A stretch of DNA of 64,000 nucleotides from an uncultured Armatimonadia bacterium (GTDB taxonomy: Bacteria; Armatimonadota; Zipacnadia; CAVVLO01), in assembly GCA_963749155.1 (NCBI GenBank), contig CAVVLO010000002.1, forward strand, positions 224,001-288,000, given 5' to 3'. Shown piece after piece: positions 42,193 to 53,018 of this stretch. The notes below the pieces were generated by a model that saw only the letters and a list, made by a program, of their open reading frames with translations, had not been told where the DNA came from and did no database searches. The position numbers were made by a program, and so were the translations under genes. Numbering within the stretch: position 1 is the first letter of the stretch; every line of letters starts with the position of its first letter.

Positions 42193-44346
42193 TCCTGCTC
42201 CTTCCAGGCATCCAGGTACCAGGAATAAACGCAGGCGCCGGCAGGCTCCAGTTCGTCAATCAGCGTGTCGCCCTCCAGCCTGGGAGTCGCTGCGCCAAAT
42301 AGCGGCTGGACCGCGCCGAGTGGTTGTAGTGAATCCGGCAGGGCAAGCCTGAGCGTGGCCGGCTCGCGGGTTGGATTTACCACAACGCAAAAGATGGCGC
42401 CTTCATGCTGCCAGGCCTGGACGTGAAGTCCTCCCCCCTCGAGGGCAGTCTCTCCCAGAACCGGAAACCCTTCCGTAAGTGCCGGAGTTAATGTCCTGAG
42501 TTCCTCAGCCAGCCGTTCGAACTCGGTCGCCCGTTCATAAGCGGGGATGCTCCAGGGCCACCATAGCAATCCCGCAGCCCCGTGGACCAGCGCCTGGTAT
42601 TGCATATTGCGCAGTTCCTCATAAGTTGGAGGAGCGCCCTCTCCACCGACCTGGTCCCACCCAAATCCCTGTGGGGTCATCCAGACGACTTGTTCCGAAG
42701 AGCTGCCTTTGACCAACTGCTCTGTCCAGTCGCCTACCTGAGAAAGCGGCATATGGGGGATTGGGTACGGATCTGCCATTACCACATCCGCGCAGCCTGC
42801 ATAAGAGGGGGCCATTGAGGGATTGTTGGTCAGCACCAGCACCGGATGCTTGTCGTCGATAGCTTTGATGGCCTGGTAAGCCTCTGCCAGTATCTCGGGC
42901 GTGTCGCCGTAAGCTTCAGGCTCATCGGCCAGGTACCAGGCAAAGGTCGTCGGATGGTCTTTCCAGCGAGAAACGAGGGCCTTGATGCCCTCAAAATCCT
43001 TTTTGCCGCGCAGATATTTGGCCAGGTCAGGCAGCCATAACAAGCCGAAAGACCCCTCTTGATCCAGCCAGCTCTCGAAGTCGGATTGCTCCTGCATATC
43101 AGCTTCCATGACGGCCAGACGATAACCGGCCTGGTACATCTGACGCCGGGCCTCGGTCGCTTCATCGCCCCTGTGGACCAGTAAAAACCCAAGTGGCAAG
43201 AGAGACTCGCCATTGAGCAGGCAGTGTTTTTGCTCATCGAAAGTGACAGTGTTGCCGGACTGAGCAAGAGGCGGCAGCTTGATAACCTCGCGCTCGAGCT
43301 TGAAATCCTTTAAGCCAGGCCGCTCAAGCGTGGCAGACAGGACATATTCACCGGGTTTGGCGTTCTCGAGCGAGAAGGCGAAATCATCCTGGCCAGGCAC
43401 AACTGGGGCAATTGTCTGCCTTAAGGTCACCCCTTTACCCGCCAAGGGTGAGACTCAGGCTTGCACCTTTCAGATGCTCTGGTTTCGCAAGGATTTCAAA
43501 CTTGCCCAGCAGTTCAGTCTCTTCACGCACATAAGGTTGCTTCAGCTCTAGCCTGACAGGCTCAAGGTCATCTTCAGAAAGCTTGTAAGGCTGCACGGCA
43601 CGCGCCAGCACCTTGCCGTCAGCATCGCGCAAGGTTGCGGTACAGACTCCCTCGCCCGGCTCTCTCAAGGGCCAATTGGCTAGCACTGCGCCTACTCTAG
43701 GAAGGGGAAGCTCTCGATACCGGGGTAAATCTCCCTTGGGGATAATCGCAGTCTCAAGCCTGGCTTTAACGGGTACAGCCCCAGAAAAAGCAATCCGCCC
43801 AATCTGGCCCCCAAGCTCCTTGGGCACAGGCAGTTCAAGCTTGAGCGAGAAGCCATCGGTCGTGACAGGTTCGTCTGCAGTGTCTTTGCCTGTCAGCACA
43901 AGCTCGAAAACACAAGCGCCAAAGCCCTCTTTTTCTGGAAAAGAGCGCTCGCCTTTGAGCAGCAGCAAGCCTTTGCCCAGATTTTCTGTTAACGACAGCT
44001 CATACCAGCCCTGGTTACTACCGCTCTGGGCAAACTCGAGATTCTCGAGCACCTGCTGCCAGGTGTTGCCATCAGTACTCAGGCTGAAGCGGTAGTTGTT
44101 GAGCAGTTCAAGTTTGGCTGTAGCCTCGGTCGCATCGCGCAGATCGAGTTGCCAGACGAAATAGGAATCTGGAAACTCAGCATTCCGAACGTTGCGGTTC
44201 CAGCCTGGCAAGACAAACTGGCGCGAGTTGTCTTCAGTGAGCAAGGCTCGCTCGGAGAGGCTTCCCGCGGGGAAGTGAGCCTCGAAATCGCGCGCCCAGA
44301 CAGCACAAGATGCCAGCACAAGCAGCAGTGCGACGACTAACCTCAC
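42189..44346 (-). CDS. Secreted protein with a C-terminal TIM-barrel GH-like domain (1-nt insertion at ~43446)
   Basis: ORF 43435-44346 (signal peptide) plus ORF 42189-43445 (WYLADEP, ADPYP, QGFGW, LVHGAAGLLWW). Confidence 0.55.
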
Positions 44347-46610
44347 TCTGGCAATGTCAGCTCCTTGATGGCGCGAGGTTCAACTTCAGCTGTCACAGTC
44401 TTGTCGCCAAGGCTGACCCTGGCCTCGAGAGGCCCATCGGTGTAGTTCAGATAGAGAAATTCCTTTGGGCCTACCTGCGTGCCAAAAAGGCCATCCGCTT
44501 TACAGTCGTAAAGGGGAAGATTAAAGGCTGGAAGCAATTGCCCTAGCTCGGTTGCCAGCTCGGTCATATTGGCCAGGCGCTTTACCGCGCCCTTACCGAG
44601 AGACCGACCTGCCGAGGTGCTTCCGAAAAGCGTCTTCTCGGGCGCGTCGGTCTGTTCGACACTCATAAAAGCTGGTACGCCCACCACTAGCAGTCTGCCA
44701 CCGCGCGTAACCCAGTCCGCGATACGGGTCGCATCAGCAGTCTCCATCACGTTGCCGCTGGCAATAACCAGCAATTTGTGGCGCTCCAGGGCGCCGGCGG
44801 CCAGTAGAGTCTCGTCCAGCCAGTCGTAATCCACCAGGTCGCGCAGCAGCACAGCCTGCTCGAGATGGCCGCCCCACTTGATAGAGAGGCTGGTATTGGG
44901 GTACCAGAGGGCCAGTGGGACAATTGGATTCCGCTTCTCCAGGAAGGGCAGGCAGGCGCGCTGACGCTCCAGCCTCAGATTGTCGGCCACTGCGTTGCGA
45001 TCATATTCGTGAAGCTGGTTGGCGCCCGAGGCGATGGCGTTGTAGAAACGTGCCACGATGCCGTTGGCATCTACCAGGCTGGCAGGTTCGAAGGCGAAAT
45101 AAGCTCCGTAGAACTTGCCCGCCGAGGCCACCCAGCGCGTAATGGCGACATTACCCGAGTAGTGAGAGCCTTCATTGGTGATGCGCACCCCTGCCTGGTG
45201 CTTGGCGGCGACGCGGCATTGCTCTGCGAAATCTGACCCATGCTCAGGCGGCGCGCTGCCTCCTGTACATAGATAGATAGGCGTCTTGGGGAAGTATTTC
45301 CGCGTGGTGGCCATCCACCAGTCCGACCAGTCGGTCATCGAGGCGCGGTACCATTCGACGAAATCCAGCCAGTGACGCCGCGTTGGGCCAGGCGCTGTCG
45401 GCAGAGCGGACTTTAGTTCGCCAACTCCCTCGCCGCGCGCCGGGTAGTCCACTGCCTCGAAGGACGTGTAATTCGTGCCCCAGGCCCGATTCAGCTTGGC
45501 CCGGTCTCCATATTTGGCTTTTGCCCACTCACGAAAATCAGCCAGCGCGTACTTGTCATTGCACCAGAAGCCCGCGTGGTTATGGTATTCGCCCGGGATT
45601 ATCTGGGTCCAGTCACCGGCAACTGAATAGATAGCCTCGCCGAAGTCGCCCTGGATGCCCAGCAAGACTGACTCGATGACCCCACTGTCCTTGTAGCGCT
45701 CTGCGAAGGCAGCCAGGAACCGGTCTATCCACCTTGGCAGATTAGGATTCCAGAGCGACTCGATTTTGCTCGCAGTGCCATGCTCGAGGCAGGCGCAGGG
45801 GTAATGCTGATCGCTGGCGCGAAACCAGTCGGGGGTCGAGTAAGCAGGGCCTAATATAAGGAAAGGCACCCATTTGAGCTCCTGACGCTTCAATTCTTCG
45901 ACTCTCTGATCCCACTTGGACCAGTCCCACTGGCCTTCGCCCTTCTGCTCGCAGGTCTCCCAGGTGACATAGCTCTCGATGCTGGTCACACCGATAGCCT
46001 TGAACAGCATTAGTGTGGCTTCGTCCGCGTCCGAGCCAAAGGTGTAGAACATCGTTTTGGGGGCTTCCAGCTTCGGCAGCCTGGCTACCGTGGTCGCCAT
46101 CCGTTCCATATCGTCGGGAAGCTGGATGTCAGGCTTCTCCTTCATCACTTCGAGCCTGGAGATGATGATGCCGCCGAAGAAGGCCAGGCGAAAATCGCTG
46201 CCCCAGTTTTGGGCGCCTTTCAGCGCGGCGTTTTCGACATGGAGTAAAGCGCGTTGCCACTCTCCCCCATTGGTCATCAGGAAGGTCGTGCCCTTGTCAT
46301 AGTTGGCCCTGGTACTGTTGAATTCAACAAGCACAGAGCCCATCCCCTGGTCGAGGAAGTCCACCAGTATCCAGAAGTCGCTGCCCAGGGTCTGACGCGC
46401 TTCGGGGGTAAGTTTGAAATAGAGATAGCCAGAACTCGGATCGCCAGCAATAGCCTCGCGTCCGGCGACCTCTTTGGGCGCCCATTTGCCATCTCCACTG
46501 TTTGGCACTTCGATGCCGTTGCCTTCGGTGGCGGTTATATAGAGGCCCTGCTGGGCCTGGCAGCCCGAAACAAGCCCGGCAAGCAGCAGAACGATTATAA
46601 GTCTGATCAT
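44343..46610 (-). CDS. Lipoprotein, GH14/GH42-like glycoside hydrolase
   Basis: Lipobox VSG-C; IESYVTWETCE..GQWDWS, GIQGDFGEAIY, LNRAWGTNY, ITNE, FEP. Start at MIRLII with RBS GGAGG. Confidence 0.7.
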   Translation of the reverse strand: MIRLIIVLLLAGLVSGCQAQQGLYITATEGNGIEVPNSGDGKWAPKEVAGREAIAGDPSSGYLYFKLTPEARQTLGSDFWILVDFLDQGMGSVLVEFNSTRANYDKGTTFLMTNGGEWQRALLHVENAALKGAQNWGSDFRLAFFGGIIISRLEVMKEKPDIQLPDDMERMATTVARLPKLEAPKTMFYTFGSDADEATLMLFKAIGVTSIESYVTWETCEQKGEGQWDWSKWDQRVEELKRQELKWVPFLILGPAYSTPDWFRASDQHYPCACLEHGTASKIESLWNPNLPRWIDRFLAAFAERYKDSGVIESVLLGIQGDFGEAIYSVAGDWTQIIPGEYHNHAGFWCNDKYALADFREWAKAKYGDRAKLNRAWGTNYTSFEAVDYPARGEGVGELKSALPTAPGPTRRHWLDFVEWYRASMTDWSDWWMATTRKYFPKTPIYLCTGGSAPPEHGSDFAEQCRVAAKHQAGVRITNEGSHYSGNVAITRWVASAGKFYGAYFAFEPASLVDANGIVARFYNAIASGANQLHEYDRNAVADNLRLERQRACLPFLEKRNPIVPLALWYPNTSLSIKWGGHLEQAVLLRDLVDYDWLDETLLAAGALERHKLLVIASGNVMETADATRIADWVTRGGRLLVVGVPAFMSVEQTDAPEKTLFGSTSAGRSLGKGAVKRLANMTELATELGQLLPAFNLPLYDCKADGLFGTQVGPKEFLYLNYTDGPLEARVSLGDKTVTAEVEPRAIKELTLPE

Positions 46611-46742
46611 ATAAAGCCTCCCTGAAGCCCAAGGTCGTGTTTCCAGTTCGACCTTTGAATTCAAAGCCCTGCGCGAGCTTTGGAAGGGAACATGCAGCCT
46701 TGAGCGAACTCCCCGGCTGACTTATACCTGGAGGCAACGATT

Positions 46743-48709
46743 ATGGAGCACTCTCCCTGGGCGCGCGAGTTGACTTTGGTCGCTCTGGCGCTGGCCTTAT
46801 TGCTTGCTACAACCGCTTCTGCGAAGGGCGATTTCAACCTGGGCAGCTTCTCTTACGAATTGAAACGCGATGGGCAGTTGCTCGCTTCGGCGAACCAGGA
46901 GCCACTCTTCGTTTTGCTCTATTCGGAATCGCCTGATATCTGGCAGGCGCGCACCTGGCGGATGGTCGGCCCTGATGAAGAGCGCGTCGAGCGCGAGGGC
47001 TCCGGCTACAAGCTGGAAGTTCCCTCTTTCGAGAAGCTGGCAGTCAGCCTGAAGGCGCAGGCTGCACTAGACAGGCAAGGCAACATCAGTTGGCGATTCA
47101 ACCTTAAGAATGATTCGCCAGGTACGGTTGTGGGCGTCATCGGCCCCTGCCTGCGCAATGTGAAAGACAGGCTGGAAGGCTGTCTTTATGTGCCTAACCG
47201 GGCTGGTCATATCATCCGGGATCCCTGGACCTAAGCTTGCTAGACGCGGTGCAGCATATGGAATACCCCGTGCCTGCCTCGATGCAGTATCTCGCTTTCT
47301 GCGGGAAGGACGGCGGGGTGGCAGTCCACTGTTTCGATCGGGCGATGGCCTGGAAGCAACTCGCCTTTGGCGGCGAAGGTCGGCAGATGAGCTTCATCCA
47401 ATACCCCTTCGTGGCACCGGGTGGGGAGTGGGACTCGCCCGAATTGCTCTGGCAGGTGCTGGATAGCGACTGGCATGCCGCCGCAGACCGCTACAGGCAG
47501 TGGTTCCGCAGTTGGGCGCGCAAGCCCGAAGTGTCGCCAGTTGTGAAGCAAATGCCCAGTGTGCCTGGCGTCGTTATCAAGTCGCGCCCGGTTGAAGATG
47601 CCTATCTGAAGGACGTTACCAAGGCAATGGAGGTCGGCACCTACGAGGGTGCTTACCCCAAACTTGAGCAATATGCCAATTCCGGGCTGGATGGGGTGCA
47701 TCTGGTTGGCTGGTTCGGACAGGGCCACGACACCAGTTATCCCGATCACTACTATGCCCAGTCTATGGGCGGGCGCGAAGGGCTGCTGGCTCTTGCCGAC
47801 CGGATGCGCGAGCTGGGGTTGTTGGGCTTCTACTACCTCAACGCCCGGCTGCTTAACCTGACCAGTGTCAGCTACCGAACGCATCCCGACTGGGCGGCAA
47901 TCACTCGCACCGGCGAGCCGCGCACCGAGCAACTGGGTGGGGAGTTCTTCCAGGTTGCCTGTCCTGGTGCGCCTGGCTACCAGCGCCAGATGGCCGACGA
48001 GGTGCTGCGTGTCGCCCGAGATTATGGTGGGGCGGGTGTGCAGCTTGATCAGATCGGCGCCGCCTGGTCGGTCCTTTGCTTCGACAAGACCCACGGTCAC
48101 AAGACGCCCGCGACCGCCTGGGCAGAGGGTCATATGGAGCTGCTTGAAGGCGTCTACAAGGGCGCGCGCGCCATCAATCCCGACTTCGTGTGCTGGGTTG
48201 AAGGGGTCTGGGAAGGCTCCAGCCAGTGGGTAGATATGTCTCAGGGCGGCTTCTGGCCTGACCACCCCGGCTCTGAGCCGTTCGCGCAGCTTTATCATTA
48301 CACCTTGCCGGAGCATCCCCTGTTCGGCGATGCGCGCCTGGGCGGGGTGCCCTATTGGTGCCCGAGCGATATCGGCCGGGCCAAGCGCATCAACGCGGTG
48401 GCGGGGAAACTCCTGCTGGAGGGCGACTTCCGCGATGACATCGGTCTGACAGTCGATGGCGGAGGCGAGGGGCACTGGTTCCGCCAGGGCAAGCAAGTAG
48501 CCGTGACGGTTTACAATCCTGGGAGCGAGCGCGCGACTTTTAAGGTGAGTCTTGCGCCAGGTGAGCTGGGCCCCGTAAGTCTGCCGAAGAGCGCCAAGGC
48601 GCTTGCAGAACCGGACCAGCAGGTGACGCCGGCGGTTGTCGACGGAACCTTAACTTTCTCGGTCAGTGTGCCAGGCCGCCAGGTTGAAGCGGTGCTGCTG
48701 GACTGGTAG
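46743..48709 (+). CDS. Secreted DUF6259-like putative glycoside hydrolase (frameshift at ~47232)
   Basis: ORF 46743-47234 (signal peptide) plus ORF 47237-48709 (DWHAAADRYR, HDTSYPD, YYLNARL, GVQLDQIG, CFDKTHGH). Confidence 0.6.
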
Positions 48710-48712
48710 GGG

Positions 48713-50185
48713 CTAATCGCCGCCGGGAGCTTCTTCAGTGCAGGGTTCGAGCGCAGGCTCGGGCCCTGTTTCTTCACGAGGCAAGACCGCCACATCGCGC
48801 ACGACACTGCGCTTCCAGCGGCCTGACATATAATAAGCCAGGCTGACGAGCATGGAGGCCGCAAAACTCGCGACTATGGCCCACCAGACTCCCTCGACAC
48901 GTCCCATACGCTCGGAGAGATACGCCGCCAGGGGCACTCGCACAACCCAAAGGCTTATCAGGCTGAAAGCTGTTGTGGCCAGCGTGTGGCCTGAGCCGTT
49001 GATGACCCCGTTGATGACGAAGATGATAGCGAAGAAGACGTAGCACGAGCCGACGATGCGCAGATAGCTGGCGCCAATCTCGACTACCTCTGGCTCCTGG
49101 ATAAACAGGCGGATGAGGAAATGAGGCCCTGTGACAGCGACCGCCGTCGCGCCCAGAGTAATGATGCCACAGAAGAGGATGCCCCAATAGAGCACCTGTT
49201 TCACTCGGTCATAATGCTGGGCACCGATATTTTGCCCGACCAGCGTGGTCGCGGACATCCCAAAGGCCATCGCTGGCAGGAAGGCCAGTTGGTCTATCCG
49301 CATCGCAGCTCCGAAGGCCGCGGAAGCCTCTTCACCGAACTCGTTGACAAAACTTATGACGAAGAGCATCCCCAGCGAGATAAGCGATTGCTGCACCGAG
49401 GCGGGCAAGCCGACCTTGAAAGTAGTGACAGCCATCGCCCAGTCGATTTTCAGATGCTTCCAGTCAGGGGCAAGGATGTGAGCCTTGCGGTGCATATAGT
49501 AGAGCAGCGCAAGCAGCGCGGAATACTGGCAAAATATGCTGGCATAAGCCGTGCCATTCAGGCCCAGCTTCGGAAAACCTGCAAGGCCCAGGATGAGCAG
49601 GGGGTCGAGGATTGCGTTGGCGACGACACTCGCTGCCATAAACTTGAGAGGAGTTGTAGAATCGCCGACTCCTCTCAGAAGTGAGGAGAGCAGGAAAAAA
49701 CCGAACATCCCAGGCAAGGTCAGCAGCACCAGATGCAGATAAGGCTGAGCAAGAGGCATCACATCTGGGGGCACGCTCATCAATTTGAGCAAAGGCCCAA
49801 CAGCCAGCTCGCCCAGTCCAAGACATATAACTGCAAGCCCGGCAAGCAACACGAAAGAGGTCTGTACTACCAGCTTTACTTTATCGTTCTTGCCTGCGCC
49901 ATAATATTGGGCTACGAGAATATTGGCCGCCATCGTCAGCCCGTTGCCGACCGCCATCAGCACAAACATCACGGGGAAGGTATTTGTGACTGCCGCCATT
50001 GCCGCCACGCCCAGGTAGTTGCCTACCCAGATAGCGTTGATGAAACTATAGGCAGTGTGGAGCACATTTCCCACAAGCAGGGGCAAAGAAAAGAGGATAA
50101 GGTGCCTGGGGATGCTGCCTACTGTAAGGTCAACGCCATAGGTGCGCTTTGGCGAAGATTCCGGTTGGGGCTGTTCTGAGTCCAC
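48713..50185 (-). CDS. MATE-family efflux transporter
   Basis: DLTVGSI..LFSLPLL, RGVGDSTTPL, LDPLLI, GQNIGA; about 12 TM segments. Confidence 0.92.
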   Translation of the reverse strand: MDSEQPQPESSPKRTYGVDLTVGSIPRHLILFSLPLLVGNVLHTAYSFINAIWVGNYLGVAAMAAVTNTFPVMFVLMAVGNGLTMAANILVAQYYGAGKNDKVKLVVQTSFVLLAGLAVICLGLGELAVGPLLKLMSVPPDVMPLAQPYLHLVLLTLPGMFGFFLLSSLLRGVGDSTTPLKFMAASVVANAILDPLLILGLAGFPKLGLNGTAYASIFCQYSALLALLYYMHRKAHILAPDWKHLKIDWAMAVTTFKVGLPASVQQSLISLGMLFVISFVNEFGEEASAAFGAAMRIDQLAFLPAMAFGMSATTLVGQNIGAQHYDRVKQVLYWGILFCGIITLGATAVAVTGPHFLIRLFIQEPEVVEIGASYLRIVGSCYVFFAIIFVINGVINGSGHTLATTAFSLISLWVVRVPLAAYLSERMGRVEGVWWAIVASFAASMLVSLAYYMSGRWKRSVVRDVAVLPREETGPEPALEPCTEEAPGGD

Positions 50186-50240
50186 TGCTTGCCTGCCTTA
50201 AGAAAAGAGCAACATATGAATAAGTTTAGTGTTGGCCCGA

Positions 50241-50269
50241 AGGTTACGCCGCAAAGAAGAAGTTGTCAA
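50241..50269 (-). promoter_or_regulatory. Sigma70 promoter of the MATE gene
   Basis: TTGACA(50269-50264)-N17-TAACCT(50246-50241). Confidence 0.6.
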
Positions 50270-50401
50270 AGGATTCAAGGTTTCTGCTCGAGCAACTTCA
50301 CAAAGCAGAATTGCTCTGTCTCAGGATTCCATCGCGCCTCGACGAGATCACCAGGCTCGAACCACCTGGCACCAACGACAAGCGGACAGGAGGCAGGCCT
50401 T

Positions 50402-53018
50402 TCAGGCGGGACGCGTGTTGTCAAGGCTAGCCACACTGCTGATGGGCATCGTAAGTCCGCCTTCCAGCCCAAGGCGAGGCAAGTCGAAAGCCGTGCAGGG
50501 AAGGAAGCTGATAACGCGGGTAGTCACCGCTCCGCGCAAGGCCGTAACCTGTACAGCCAGGCCGTCCTCGAGCAGGACTGAGATGTCATCTCCACCCAGC
50601 AGCTCGCCGAGACCAGCCCCTTCAATCTGCTCTCCGTTCACGACCAACGTCACCTTGCAGTCGGGCGAAAGGGTAATCCTGCGTCCAACGAAGCCCCCCT
50701 CGTAGGGGTCGAGAGTGACTGCATCGCCCGCAGTTGAGCGCAATTCGCCGCGCTCAAGGCGATCGAGAGAGGGCGGCTCCCAGGGCCGGTAGGTATCAGG
50801 CTGGACAGCAAGCCGGGCTGCCTTCAGCAGACTAACTGCCGCCGGGAAACGTCCCTCGGTGAGGGCCTGCTGCGCCACGGAAAGAGTAGCCTCGGGTACT
50901 CCGGCAGCCTCGGCGCGTTGCAGTTCAAACTGGGCTTGCCCTCGCCAGGCGACCAGCAGGCTTTCGGCTCTCAATCGGTCGGCACTGACCGGTTTGGTGT
51001 CGACGAGATACTGCTCCTCGGCCCAGGGCTCTTCAACGGAAAGGTCGAACACGCACACCCAGCCGCTCAGGCCCAGGGGATGCAGGTCCAGCTCCAGGGG
51101 CAACTCCGTGCGCCCTTTAGCCCACTCTGACAGGTCTATCGAGAACTCTCCATTCGCATCGTGCATCCGCCAGACCTCGGTCGAGCGTGCCGTCAGGCTG
51201 GATGACGCTCAGGGCCACATAGGCGTTCTCGTCGGCCTGGTTCAGGACGAAAGCCCGCGCCCGGAGGCGCAGCGCCAGCCGGTCGAAGGTCGGCTGCTTC
51301 AAGAGTTCGGAGGCAGAAAGGGTGAAACGCGTTAGGTTCGACTGACCAAGTTGTTTACCGACAAGAGCTCTGTCGGGGGTGGGCCAGATGTACTCGGCGC
51401 GCACAGCCTCGGTGCTGAAACGCTCGGGCCAATCCTCATACTGGAAACTCTCTTCCAGCAGCGTCGGTCGCCAGGTGACAGCGCGAGGGAAGGCGCCGTG
51501 GTCAGAAGCGAGACTTTCTACCGTAGCTTGTAGTCCCTCATCCGACAGGTTGAAGAGGGTGATATGGGTGCAGCCGGCCGCATAGGCGATCTGAGCATCT
51601 CCCGCGGCGGTAGTTGCGCCGCCCAGCTCACAGTTGATGTTGGCGGGCAGGCCGAGTTCCTGCTGCAGCTTGAGCCAGGCTGGAAGCCCCGCGCCCGAGC
51701 CGGCGGCAGTAGTGGCGTAGCCTCCCCATTCACCACCGACAGCGCAGTCATCGAGGACGCCCACGGCAAGAGCTTCGGTCGGGTTGTCGAAACACCAGCC
51801 ACCCAGGAAGGTATGGGTGTAGATTTTGTCACGCAGCGGACTTGCGCCCAGGCCCTTGAGCAGCGCGCCCGAGATCTCTCGGTTATAAACGCGCAGGCTA
51901 GCCTGCAAGAAGGCCAGTTCATCCGGGCTGAGTTCGTCAGTGGGATCGAGTTGGATTCCCACCTCGGTCGCGGCTTGCACTAACGAAGGATTAAAGTCGG
52001 CCTGCAGGTTAGGCGGCGTGTCAGGCATCCCGGCGCCCCAGTAGGTGACTTCGTTGTCCAGCACGAGGCTGAAGAGAGGCAGGTCGGGATGCGAGTCGGC
52101 AAGCTCGCGCAGCAGGCGTCCGGTGGTCTCGAACTGGCGGGCCTTGAAAGCATTGAGGTCAGGATTGCGAGTCGTCAGCCAGGGCACGCTGCTCCAGTGG
52201 TTGGGCACCGAAAGACCATACTGCCTCTTCTCGGGATCGTAGGTGACCTGCTGATAGGTGGGGTCGTACCAGTGACCGCCCTGACCATCAGGCCCAGAGG
52301 GCGTCCCTGCCCACCAGGTGTTGAGTTGCAGTTCCAGCCCCAGGTCGGCGCCCGCGCAACCTTGAACGAGGGCTTCAAGACGCTGCCTGATGTCTTCCGG
52401 AGGCCACTGCGCAAGGGCGAAGGTCGGGACACTGACCAGTGGGGTGAAAAGGGCGTTCTTCGGCAGCAACGCGCGGAGGGCTGCGAGGCGCTCGGGCTCT
52501 ACCCAGAAGCCCACTGTAGGCCCAAGGGCCATCGGGAGAGCCATCCCCGCTTCCTGAACATAGCCTTCCAGGTCGCGGTAGACAACAACTCGGTCCAGGC
52601 AGAGCGAGTGGGGCGCCCGGTTGATGAAGCGCAGCTCGAAAGGTTGGGCCGTTGCCTCTGCCGGCAGATCGACGAAAGCTGTCGCTGGCCCGGCGGTATC
52701 AAAGGCCTCGCAGCGGAAGACCAGCGGCTTGCCGTTTAGTTCAACCAGGTAGGCTGGGCTCTGAAGGGCGTTGGTGCGGAACTCGCGGACCTCCAGCGTC
52801 AGTCCACCTCCCTCCCAGCCGGGCAGCCCAAGGGTGGCTGTGCCACCACGGGCCAGTTCGATGCCCGAGAAGGAGGCTGTCCTGTCGCCAAACTGCCAAC
52901 TCCACTGGACAGGACTGGCGTCAGTGGCCTTGGCAGGATCGAACCTAAACTCTCCAAGCCGCTGCGCCCAGGCCCCGCACGCGAGCAGCAGTAGAAGCAG
53001 CGTGAGGCAGCATCTCAA
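50402..53018 (-). CDS. Secreted hypothetical protein, possibly GH-like (1-nt insertion at ~51179)
   Basis: ORFs 51117-53018 and 50402-51166 join through GTL-TEVWRMHD. Signal peptide; LDNEVTYW, GGEW, NCE motifs. Confidence 0.45.

Noticed and set aside
47232..47234. TAA between two halves of the DUF6259-like gene as stop-codon recoding
   Set aside because: The two halves are in different frames, and all other genes use standard stops.
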